Below are positions 1 to 10,769 of a DNA stretch of 64,000 nt, in pieces. Both the position numbers and the translations under genes were made by a program. Source of the stretch: Nemertoderma westbladi. Lineage: Eukaryota > Animalia > Xenacoelomorpha. The notes below the pieces were generated by a model. It was not told the origin of the DNA and searched no databases. It worked only from the letters and a program-made list of their open reading frames with translations. Each line of letters begins with the position of its first letter. Position 1 is the first letter of the stretch. The stretch is taken from contig JAUCBJ010002811.1 in NCBI GenBank assembly GCA_032718475.1, positions 1 to 64,000 of the forward strand, read 5' to 3'.

Positions 1-1028
1 ATTTCCCCCAAAGCAGAATCAACGCAATGCACATTGTCCTGTGTAATTTTCTCATTGTGATCCCACATCTGCCATGGTCGCATCCACAAATGCACCGTGT
101 ACCTACCGCTCCACCAATTGTATTCAGTATACAGTTGGCGGCCATATTGAGACCATTTCGGGTAAATGAATCCATCTTCGACCACATTAACCAAATGTGG
201 AGATTTTGAGAAAATTTTTCCAGGTTCTACAATTGCGGCACACCCCCAACATTTTCCATTATAGTGGCGGAAACTTTCCGACACCAACTTTAGGAAGGTA
301 GAATTTTTCCTGGCAACAATAACTCCAGATCCTAGATTATTGGCTCCATGAGTGTCCCTATCCGCACTGTAGTCATAGCAACGGATGGAATGAGAGACGG
401 GTTGGACTCCAAACACATCGCCGTCTACGTACATTCCCCCAAATTCTCTGAGTATTTTAAATCGCAGAACATCAGTTTGGTGTGAAGCGCGAAACGTTGG
501 GTTTCTTGATAACGGAATATTAAACACAGTCTCTGGGGCAACAGTTTCCTTAATAACCAGTATTGGGACCTCCTCCTTGACTTTGGTAAACCAAGGATGT
601 GTATATCCATTACTTCCGGTGAAATTAAGCCCCATATTTGTATGAAAATAAATTACTTCCGGTTTCATATTTTTGTAAACTGATAACAGGCATATGTAGT
701 GTAAAAATTGGAATTCGGCTTGGTGTAACCAAATGAGATGTACTATATTCGGAACAAGTGGCTCTCCGTTTGAACAAATCGGCTCGCTTTCCCCCTGAGT
801 TGGATTCGTGCTGTAGTTTGTCTCTGATGGTTTTACTTTGTCTGGTACATACAGGCGGATGGGATTAAAAGACAGATGGACATTTAACAATGGGTTAGAT
901 GGTCCCAACATAATAGTTCTTCCATTCCAAATATATAAGGTTGTAGCTGTTACGATAAATATTATCGCAACCAAAAGTTGATTTATCCTTCTTATTTTAA
1001 ATATCGAAAAGTTCATTATCATATCCAT
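1..1028 (-). CDS. Glycosyltransferase family 32 (DXD, alpha-1,4-glycosyltransferase-like) type II membrane protein, 3' end runs off window
   Basis: Manual translation of minus strand from ATG at 1028 is open to position 1 (342 codons): MDMIMNFSIFKIRRINQLLVAIIFIVTATTLYIW (TM anchor)...LVPNIVHLIW...SHQTDVLRFKILREFGGMYVDGDV...VHLW. A TTATTCCAG acceptor lies just upstream. Absent from the ORF track because no stop lies in the window. Confidence 0.88.
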   Translation of the reverse strand, partial: MDMIMNFSIFKIRRINQLLVAIIFIVTATTLYIWNGRTIMLGPSNPLLNVHLSFNPIRLYVPDKVKPSETNYSTNPTQGESEPICSNGEPLVPNIVHLIWLHQAEFQFLHYICLLSVYKNMKPEVIYFHTNMGLNFTGSNGYTHPWFTKVKEEVPILVIKETVAPETVFNIPLSRNPTFRASHQTDVLRFKILREFGGMYVDGDVFGVQPVSHSIRCYDYSADRDTHGANNLGSGVIVARKNSTFLKLVSESFRHYNGKCWGCAAIVEPGKIFSKSPHLVNVVEDGFIYPKWSQYGRQLYTEYNWWSGRYTVHLWMRPWQMWDHNEKITQDNVHCVDSALGE

Positions 1029-1040
1029 GTCCTGGAATAA

Positions 1041-1741
1041 AGTGTCTTCAGTGAAATTAACCCCCACCCCCTCCTCCACCAAAATTGTTGTAGGCCCCAA
1101 CTAATCTTAATGATAATATTGATTGCATAAAATTTGAAACAGACATATTTTCACAAGTGGATACCGCAGTTCATCTTCACTCTTACAGTGATTAGTTTGT
1201 TGTTTTGTAAAGCTGGTCATTCAATGATTCAAAATATTTGACAGAATCTGAATTTCGTTGAAAAATATCTGAGATAAAGGCGTTGTAATTTTGCATGGCT
1301 TAGCTTCTGTGTGAGACTACTTTTTTCCATTTATAAATTTATCATTATTCTTATTCTGAAATATTTTATTAATGTTGCTACGCAATACAGTAGTAATCTG
1401 CATGGCATTGTATGGCATTGTTGCCCAGCTTTACTACTTATTTATAAGATAAATATAATGTTCCAGAATTCTGTCTATTTATTAATTAAATTGAATAAAA
1501 TTGCCTCGCTCGGGTGCAAAACCATGCAAATCCTTCAACGAAATGTAGGTTGCGTTTACTCATTTAGGTTTCAACGGTACCGGTACACTATAAAGTGATG
1601 AATAACAGCTGTTTAATATCAAAATGAAGAGCATTTTTCAGACGGTTATAGTTAAAATACAAACATCGTTTTACGCAATTTCATTTAGAAATTGGGAGGG
1701 GGTGGGGGGGGGGGGGGGGGGTGTCACTGAATTAAGACACT
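1041..1741. mobile_element. Degenerate TIR-bounded non-autonomous DNA transposon (MITE-like)
   Basis: Left AGTGTCT..TCAGTGA..CCCCCACCCCCTCC mirrors right GGAGGGGGTGGGG..TCACTGA..AGACACT; no coding interior; TSD unclear. Confidence 0.4.
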
Positions 1742-2723
1742 AGATTCGGCAGCGTGTTGAACAATAAATATATACTGTTAGTGGCGAATTCAAACTTTAA
1801 AGTTATACAAGTTAACTTAAATATATGAAAGAGCATTTAAATTATGTAATGTAATAATGTACTCGTGTTGTCGTTATGATGGGGGTAGCTGTCACTGTAT
1901 GGTCTGTTACAATTGATTGTTGTTAAATAAAATATGGATTTTGCCACATTGTAACTCACATCGTCACTGTAATTCATTAGTAGCTCGGTATCACCACTGT
2001 GAGTAACGAGGACATAATATGCATAATAATAAATGCAATAAACATAATGACAATCAACAATTAATTACATTAGTTACTGCGCAAATAATTTACAATTATC
2101 TTTGTAGCATCGAAAAACATGATAATATTGTTTATAAGAATAATAAATGATGACGTGATAGTTAAGGTTGAGTGAACAAACTTTTTCTTTAAAATTTTAA
2201 AACTTTTCTTTAAAATTTGAAAATTATGGCGGAGGACTATTTAAACAAATTAGAGTAAAAATTGAAAAGTTTTGTCATAGTTCCAGTCAGGTCAGGTCCC
2301 CAGATCCTGCTACCACTATGGCAGTAATGTGGTACTACCTGTAGCTGTCAGCCCAGTAGGGCAGGCCCGATAAGCACCAGTAGCCTATTCATTATTTAGT
2401 TGATCAAGAGTGGGTTGGTTTTAGCCCCATCAACTAAATAAGTCATTGAGGGCTATAGCGCCTAGGGCACCATTGAAGGCAAAGCTTGAGTACGCACCTG
2501 CAATAGAGATGATACATGCCCCGCTCTGTCTATACTGGATGCTCCTCTACCAGCCAGCGTTAGGTTACCTAACCCAGGGGGCACACTTGTTTCAGGGTGT
2601 AACAAAAGGACCCCTACAGTCGGCAGCAGGGCTGTAGGCCATGGATCGGCGGAAGGTAATCATGTCAAGGCTTTTACGGGAGGCTGACCTACAGATGCCG
2701 TTGCGAGTCTGTCTGTAATTCTT

Positions 2724-3689
2724 ATGAGTGTTATCAAGTGCCTTGGGTTACCTGCCGCACAGCAGGAACACTCACGAAAGTATGGGTGTATATATATATT
2801 ATCTAATGGTACTATTTCTATCTGGGTTGCTAATGTTGATAATGTTGATAATGTTACTATCAACGGTCTAGGAACCGTTGATGACGTGGCTTGCCCCACA
2901 ATAACGAGCCAGAGCCAAAATGCCCCTACTCAAGAGTTGTCAGATGCCACGCTTAAAGGCCTTTTTCCAGAATGGCGTCAACAACTACAGAAGAGACAAA
3001 AGTATTTTGGCACATCACATAAGAATTCAAGCAAAGCGAATATTTATAAGAATGAATACCTATCGCGGACACCTGTTTTCATTCCAAATGCAATGAAACC
3101 TAAACCAATTGTTGGAGAACCGGAAAATGAGAAATCCATGCGGTTGAAAATCTGTGAAGATAATCTGGGTGTGGAAGCCAATCTACTTACCCTGAGGGCA
3201 AAAAATCAACGTGAAGTATACTTGCACATTGATGAAGAAATGACAAGGAAATTTGGCGGTGTCTTAGATCCATCCCACAAAAATCGATTGTCAAAACTGT
3301 GGGCGACAGAGTGTGCCCGTGGTGAAGCTGACATAGTACTTGAATGGCACGACCATGAATGCTTTTTGATTGGATTGAGCTTAACTGATGCTGTTGAAAA
3401 CATTACGACATCCAATCAATCATATGCGGAGGTAGTGTTAAGCAATGTACAAAGCTCTGCCCCGGCAGTTTCTACACTTAATAGTCAAGAATTGGCTAGT
3501 AGTGAGAACTCAGATTGGGTTACGCCTGCGCAAAGGCACACGATACCAAGGCCAAGAAGTCCCCGGTTACAAACTGAATTGGTGGTACCAAATTCCGGTT
3601 CAACTGCGACATCGAACGCATTTAGTTGCTTGGAAATGGAAACTGACGAACCGTCTTTTACCCATGTGGTGTCCAGCATCCCGGACTGA
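2724..3689 (+). pseudogene. PLE N-terminal region (frameshifted from RT)
   Basis: 321-aa ORF directly upstream of RT; the RT frame is already open from about 3647 (..NINSKVNKRIKIFNLSNRVLT). Confidence 0.6.
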
Positions 3690-3730
3690 ATATAAACTCA
3701 AAGGTAAATAAGAGAATCAAAATATTTAAC

Positions 3731-5166
3731 TTGTCCAATAGGGTTTTAACGTTTGATGAAAAGTCAGTATTAAGCAAAGGATTAAAATATAGTCCAATAC
3801 CGCGCCAAAACCTAGTTACTAACATTGAAGAATTTAGAAGAAAAGTTTTAATAACAGACTTTTTCCATAACCGATGTTTTAATGACGAAAGCCTGGTAAA
3901 GTTGCCAAGCGATTTTAACCCAGAAAATTGCAGTTCGTGGGATCCGTCGCTGGGCACTAAGCAATTGTCTTCGATGCTGTCGCAACTAGGAAGAGATGTA
4001 GGATCTGGGCAGTTCCAAACTGAACAAAAACCCGATAATTTGACAGGTGGTGAACGGAAAGCGATTGGTAATTTAAAAAACGATGATAACATTATTGTTA
4101 TTCCAGCTGATAAAGGCGGGGCGGTTGTAATTTTAGATAAAGATTTTTTCGTTGAAAAAATGAATAATATTTTAAAAGATGAGTCAATATATAAAAAATT
4201 GGTGAAAAATGTGGACAATTTAGTAATATCAAAGGTGGCCAAATACTGTAAAAACTTTGGCAAAATGATGACCAATAACGAGATACATTATGTAGTAAAC
4301 AGGGAGTTTGAAACTTCACGGGCCTATGGTTTACCAAATATCCATAAATCAAAAGAAATAAAGAGTTGGGTGGAAGAGGTTTGCCAACCTGGTGAAATAT
4401 TGCATTTACCATGCCCGGGGGATTTGGAATTCAGATGTATAGTTGGTGGCCCACATTGTCCAACAAAAGGGTTAAGCAACTTATTAGATATTCTATTAAA
4501 ACCGTATCTGCAATTCATTGGGGCGCATGTAAAGGACACATTTGATTTTCTCCGAAAGTTTAGAAATTTTAAGGATGTGTTCAAGGAGCTAGAGGTGGTT
4601 CACCTTATAACAGTGGATGTAGAAAGTATGTATCCCTCAATAACATGGGAGTTGGGCGAAAAGGCAATATCCTACTGGTTAGATAAGCACCCGGAATGTT
4701 TGAACAAACGATTTACCAAGGAGTTTGTATTGAAGGGGTTGGATATTGTGCTGAACAACAATACAATGGAGTTCCAGGGGATGTATTACAGTATATACAA
4801 GTTAAAGGGACGGCTATTGGAACTATATTGGCACCAACTTATTCAGATTTGGTAATGGGTTACTTGGAACAAAATAAATTTTATCCAGAGATAGAACGAA
4901 AATATGGAACGGCCGTTGCTAATTTTATTGAGAAAATGTGGACCAGATTTTTAGATGACGGTGAACTTGCTGTCGATGATGCCATCATTAAACCGAACCA
5001 AATACTGCAGATATTGAATACCATGTCACCGGGAATAAGTTTTACGATGGAAACAAGTCAAACGAGTATAAACTATTTAAATGTTACAATAAACCCCATT
5101 AATAATATTTTAGAAACCGAAGTATTTTTTAAGCCAACAGATTCAAGGGAGTACCTTCCATTTTCG
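3731..5166 (+). pseudogene. PLE reverse transcriptase, frameshift near 4790 and deletion in thumb near 5167
   Basis: NLS..LSKGLKYSP, PADKGGAVV, YGLP.IHK, TVDVESMYPSI, QVKGTAIGTILAPTY, WTRFLDDG motifs across ORFs 3731..4855 and 4696..5256. Confidence 0.9.
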
Positions 5167-5182
5167 TACAAACATTCTGCCA

Positions 5183-5770
5183 ATGGTTCTAAACTACAAT
5201 CCATTAAACCCACACGTGTTCCCTATGGTAAAAAATTGCATCGCTCAAATGTCTAAATCAAACTATCGTATTCGAACTGTTTTTGGGAATACCAAGGTGA
5301 TTTGTAGTTACAGACGGGCGCCAACATTAAAGGATATATTTCACTCTGATCTTTTCATGAAGGAGAACCCAGGAGTCAATAAATGCAACGTTAAAAAATG
5401 CCAGACATGCGACCATATTGTGGAAACGAAAGAAGTACTTTTTAAGAGGGCAAGCTATGATATTCGAAAGAAAATGGACTGCACGGTTAAAAATGTGATA
5501 TACGTTTTAAATTGCAATGGATGCGGTGAGCAGTATATTGGGGAGACCATTGATTTGAGGTACAGAGTTTCACTGCACAAGTCACAGATTAAAAATGGAC
5601 AGTATAGAAATTTGAAAGTATCGAAGCATATCTGGGAGTGTGCGGCTCATCTTGAGGTCCAATTTAATATAACTCCATTTCACAAAATGAGAATTGGCTC
5701 AACACCTGTAGCAAGGCGGATAAAGGAAGATTTCTTTATTAAAAGATATAAGCCCTTCCTCAACAGTTGA
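5183..5770 (+). pseudogene. PLE Cys-rich linker and GIY-YIG endonuclease
   Basis: KCNVKKCQTC...CTVKNVIYVLNCNGCGEQYIGET..R..H..HI..E..LN. Confidence 0.9.
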
Positions 5771-5958
5771 ATCTGGAACACAATGGAATGGAACAGTGAA
5801 CCACAAAGGAATTATAGATATAGTAACATTAGTAGCCCCCCCCCCCCCCCCGCCCTTCTTCGTCGCCTAATGATCAACTAACTCATATTGCCTAAACTGG
5901 TGTATTGCATAGTATATTACACATACTTTAGGCCCTCATTTACTATAATTCTATAATT

Positions 5959-5994
5959 TGCCTGAAGATAACTTTAAGTTTGAAATGCATTGCA
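5959..5994 (+). ncRNA. Minimal type I hammerhead ribozyme-like motif at PLE 3' end
   Basis: TGC-CTGAAGA-T-AAC(TTTAA)GTT-T-GAAA-TGCA-TT-GCA: core CUGANGA/GAAA, stem I TGC/GCA, palindromic stem III as in PLE minimal hammerheads. Confidence 0.65.
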
Positions 5995-7756
5995 TTTTTT
6001 ATAAATAATTTTAATTACAGTATTTTACCTCATATTTATTATTTTATTTATTTTATTTGCCATAATATTGTTTTAATTGGAAATTAAATATAATAACTGA
6101 ATCTGTGTATCATTTTATCTCAATTGCTGTTTATATTATATAATATATATATCTAAACTGAATGTACAACCAATTACTATAAGTATAAAGCTTCGGCGCT
6201 TACAAACTGCTTCAAAGGGGTGATAGTTATGTGTAAACCGTTCCGTTATATTATGTTATTGGCGAGTAAATGTACGTGTGACTTACATATATTACAGGTA
6301 GGACACTATGTTTGACTCAGTGCGGGGTAAGCGCACAGTTCACTCGTGCTGCATACATAGTGTTAGTAGATGATATTTACCAGTTGGGGAATAATATTGC
6401 AGTACTATGGACGCACACACTCGCACTAAAATGAACCGAATCGAATACAGACAGGGCGCAGTCAGCATTAACCATGTGGAAATTGAGTTGGTTTGATCTC
6501 TGATCTTGTATATTCATCAACAATAGTAGAGCAATAATAGTAATTAATAATAATGCAATACAGCAAGTATGCAACAAGTTACTGTGCACACAGCAAGGTG
6601 AAATACTACGAGTCCTGCAAATTACATGACTCGCAACAGGCTAATATGATGTCAGGTTATGCCTGGAAACAATGGGATGAACATCGACTATTTAGTTTCA
6701 ATCTTACGGTAAGAAATACATATTGTTCATTATTTACAAATATGATAGTTTTACAACGTACTTTGTTGTTGACGAGCGAGTACAGGGATTTTATAAAGTT
6801 TGACAGGCTAACTAACAACTCGCTGAGACAGTGATTTCACACAGAACTGACTGTCAATGTTGGCGAAAGTGGTTAAGAAATGCCAAAAGCATTCGAAGTT
6901 CAGGAATTTACCAAATTCATCGAGATTGGCGAGTTGGGTTCCGAACAACAACGGGTGCGTTCTCAGCGTGCAGCTACAGACGTCCGCAAGCCATCCTGAT
7001 AACGCTTGGTTCTCGAATGAGGTATATCGCTAATGAGGGGCGCAAGGGGACGCTCATAAAGCTATATACAGCGCCAGGGGCGGTGAGTGGTCGTCACCAT
7101 AAACTTCGGAATACGTCTCGCGATCGGTTTCCTTAAAGTTCCAACCATACTCTTGAAACGCAATGTGGCCAGAGGACGTACGGTCAACTCTGCTATACGT
7201 ATTGTTGGTGTTGCGTCAATACATAACCCGGAAGAAGCCGGGGGATTGCGCCCAAGGAAGGATGGTTTGGGTGTCGACAAGGGATATGGTATGTCATGGA
7301 CGATAGGGAAATCGTTGGTCAAGTCCCGATATATGGCTAAACCGAGTTTATAAACTGATTCGTCCAAGATAATGTCCAGTACCAGTTGCGGCAATAATGC
7401 TGCGTCTATTCCCGTGGCTGGGTGTCGGTGCGTGTCGTTGACATAAGCCTCCGCTTTGACAAACTGTTGATGCCTCGCATGGCGTGGATAGGCTGTCAAG
7501 ACTGGGAAAACGCTGTGGTGCCGCGACAAGTACGCGTAAAAACGTGTGTGGCTCCAGTGAGGCCGCGGATGTGAATCAACCGAGTTGAACCGAGCTTAGG
7601 ATCCGATACTGAGCCTTTGTTATCGTAGATCATAACGCCGTAACTGTGGATAGCATTGACGGTGCGGAATGTAACCATTCGGCATTAGCTACTTCGGTGG
7701 TCAGTTCTACTGGTGTCCATGAAGTATCCATATAGAAGTTCTATATAGAAGTAAAA

Positions 7757-8634
7757 GTGTCTCAGTCTGTACTCCCAGATATTCCCATTGGCGATATCTC
7801 CTTTGCAGAAGTGAAGGCTGCTGCAAAGAGCATTAAGACCAATCGTGCCAGTGGAGTAGATGGTGTTCCCCCTGAGGTCTTTAAAATACCTGAGTGTTTA
7901 AAGCTCATCTATCCCATCATAGTAGACATGTACCGTACAACAAGAGTCCCACAAGAAATGAAAACAAATAAGTTGGTGCCAGTTCCCAAGAAGGGCAACC
8001 TAACACTCTATGGTTCTTTTCGGGGAATCTCATTGATCTCGATTGCTGCAAAGCTATACAATAGGATTCTATTAAATCGCATCAGGGATCCCATTGAGAG
8101 ACTGCACCGTGGAAATCAGAATGGGTTCCGTAAAGGTCGTGGGACCATGGAGCCCATTTTGGCACTTAGAAGGATAATTGAAGAATTATCAAAAAAGAAA
8201 GACAGGCATCTGGCTGTTATCTTTGTTGACTTCTTCAAGGCCTTTGATTCAGTCTCTCGGTCACGTATGTTCAGCATACTTTCATTATATGGGATTCCTG
8301 ATGAAATTATTGCAGCAATCAGATCAGTATACGATGGTTCGACAACATTTGTGTCTACTGTTGACGGTGACACAGAACCATTTGAAGTGTTATGGGGCGT
8401 CCTCCAAGGAGACACACTTGCACCATTCTTGTTCATTATTGTGGTTGACTATGTTCTACGCATGTCCTTAGATCATCATAATGATGATGGGGTGATGATA
8501 ACTCCACCTACTGGCTCCAGAAGTCGAGGAAATCCTGCCAAGTACCTAACTGATCTAGACTTTGCTGATGACTTAGGAGTACTCTCAGAATCACTAGAGG
8601 GAGCCCAACGGCTCCTCAGCTCATTTGAACATGC
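7757..8634 (+). pseudogene. Non-LTR retrotransposon (RTE-like) RT fragment, truncated on both sides
   Basis: ASGVDG, PKKG, RGISLIS, QNGFRKGR, FVDFFKAFDSV, GVLQGDTLAPFLF, DFADD motifs; broken at 8635 by a palindrome. Confidence 0.9.
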
Positions 8635-8737
8635 TAGTAGTAAGATGAACCCCTTTTCGGCGACAGTTGGACCAACTTCACACCTTAGGTGTGAAGTGGG
8701 TCCAACTGTCGCCGAAAAGGGGTTCATCTTACTACTA
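8635..8737. repeat. 103-bp near-perfect palindrome (foldback/MITE-like)
   Basis: 51-bp arms TAGTAGTAAGATGAACCCC.../...GGGGTTCATCTTACTACTA, 1-nt centre, one mismatch. Confidence 0.95.
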
Positions 8738-8840
8738 ACAGGTAAATATTATATATTTCTCTATGTAGCGTCATGTTATTGTTAAATTGTTATTATATTT
8801 ATCATTATTATAATCATTCACTGTCTTATTCTAGTTTCAG

Positions 8841-9335
8841 ATGATGACGATGATCTATTGGGGGAAGACGGCGATGTTGTTTTGCCAAAAGAGTTTATAA
8901 TGTTGACACCTCAACCTACAACATCTCAATGTACGACGCCAACGGTACCTTCGGTACTTCACACAGCGGTACCGAAACTTGCGGCACATCAACCCGCAGC
9001 ACCTAAACCTGCGGCACACCAACCCACGGAACCTACACTTGCGGCACATAAACCTGCGGCACTAACACCTGCGGTACCACAACCTGCGGTCCCTGGAACT
9101 GCGGCACATAAACCTGCGGCACCTCAACCTGCGGTAGTTCAAACTGCGGCACCTAAACGTGCGGCACACCAACCCGCGGCACCTAAACCTTCGGCCCACC
9201 AACCCGCGATACCTACACTTGCGGCACCACAACCAGTGGCACCGCAACCTGTGGCCTACCAGCCCACAGCTCCTAATCCTGCGGCACCACAACCAGCGGC
9301 ACCACAACCAGCGGCACCACAACCAGCGGCACCAC
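8841..9335 (+). pseudogene. 5' half of interrupted exon, acidic then (AAPQP/AAHQP)n Pro-rich repeats
   Basis: TTTCAG acceptor at 8840 (donor GTAAAT at 8742); 15-nt repeats resume at 45367 after TSD ACCAC. Confidence 0.7.
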
Positions 9336-9516
9336 TGTTCGCGCTTTCAGACCTTTAGCAGTTTAACCTGCCAAATTTGGAATTTGGATTATTGCGGTGT
9401 AGGCCTACTGTATTATTCGACTGATCGTTAATATATAATCTCTGACAAATATTATTCACTTTCGGGAAATATTAACAGTTCCTTTAGGACGTGGCGCTCT
9501 GTAGGACATGACTTAC
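9336..9516 (-). repeat. Terminal (U5) fragment of B 3' LTR, with internal deletions
   Basis: Matches 44199..44513 with about 130 bp missing at 9381 and a small rearrangement at 9501. Confidence 0.88.
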
Positions 9517-10758
9517 TGTAAAAGCTTTTGCGGGATATAACTGGCCCTTTTTCTCCGCAATGTACTGTGTAAGGTGTTTTAGAGGACATAACTAGCGATT
9601 TCATCCGCTGTGTCTGCATGTGTGCTTTAGCGGACATAAAAAGCCAGTTTTCCCACAATGCGCTCAAATACTCTAAACTACCTAACTCAAATGACGCAAT
9701 CTACCAACCGATTTGCTGTACGCGTATAGCCTCTTTGTTCTATTCGATCAACCAATCAGAACAATGATCAACCAATCAGAGCGATTTCGCCTTGTGTTGA
9801 ATAAGGGCTGCAAAAACCCGAATAGTTCGGCATTTAGACATTCGTGGAACCTACAGAATCTGGAACTCGGCCAATGAGAGCTGTTTCTCTTTGTGTTGAA
9901 AGATACCCACAACAGCCCAGAGGGATCAGTGTGTTGGTTTTCCAGAGCCCAGAACATCGGCTTTGGAATTATTCTGCTTTAGCCCAACATTAGTGGGCTT
10001 AATCATAGAAACGTATATCTGTTATCTTACTTAACTAATCAATGCAAATCATATTGTCAACTACAAACACCGCATTTTACTATTTACTATTCACTATTTA
10101 CTGTCTATTATTGATTATGTCAGTTGATGGAATGTTATTATATTGGATAATATCGATAGATAAATAATCGTAAACCCCAATCTTCTTGATATACTGAAGG
10201 TAAGAGACCGGTTACATATAACAGTTGCGACTCACATTAAAGTGGTTTGTAGTGAATCTAATGCTATTTCATAGGCACTACATGTGTTGGTTACTGTTCT
10301 CTTTATATGTGACTAAAATTAGTGAAGGTCAGCAGATCAGTGTGCAGTATAGTGCGGTAGTGTGCATGATTGGGACTGATAACAAAGCATCTCCTAAAGA
10401 ATGCGCTATATACGTGAATCCATAGCCATCCCGTTGTGTCTAGTGTAAGTCATAACTCTGTTTACATATTTAGAGCGCCACGTCCTAAAGGAACTGTTAA
10501 TATTTCCCGAAAGTGAATAATATTTGTCATAGATTATATATTAACGATCAGTCGAATAATACAGTAGGCCTACACAGCAATAAGGTTAAGCTTCCGAATC
10601 CAGTCTCCCGGGTATATCCAGCGGGTGAATGGTCGCGCATAGACTGGCTTCGGCTAATGTAGTGTATCAAATACTCGTCATAGGCTAAAGTCGATGTACA
10701 ATCTAGAAGACATCCAAATTTGGCAGGTTAAACTGCTAAAGGTCTGAAAGCGCGTACA
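9517..10758 (+). repeat. A 5' LTR
   Basis: TGTAAAAGCTTTT...GAAAGCGCGTACA; near-identical to 25166..26070; CCAAT boxes near 9750-9780. Confidence 0.9.
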
Positions 10759-10769
10759 ATAACAGATAT
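10759..10769 (+). promoter_or_regulatory. A primer-binding position, complementary to own LTR 10015..10025
   Basis: ATAACAGATAT vs ATATCTGTTAT, 11/11 complementary. Confidence 0.75.

Larger units (their letters stand above)
2226..6060 (+). mobile_element. Penelope-like retroelement (Neptune-like, C-terminal GIY-YIG), degenerate; boundaries approximate
   Basis: Collinear N-terminal ORF, RT and GIY-YIG fragments followed by a minimal hammerhead motif and AT-rich tail. Confidence 0.85.

Noticed and set aside
3687-3689. Selenocysteine readthrough of PLE TGA
   Set aside because: An in-frame TAA follows two codons later and RT is in another frame, so it is a frameshift.
7085-7110. Minus-strand VYGDDH as RdRp motif C
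   Set aside because: Non-hydrophobic flanks, no motifs A/B, stops in frame.
8476-8785. Identical peptide on both strands and LINE ORF tail
   Set aside because: Artefact of the 8635..8737 palindrome.
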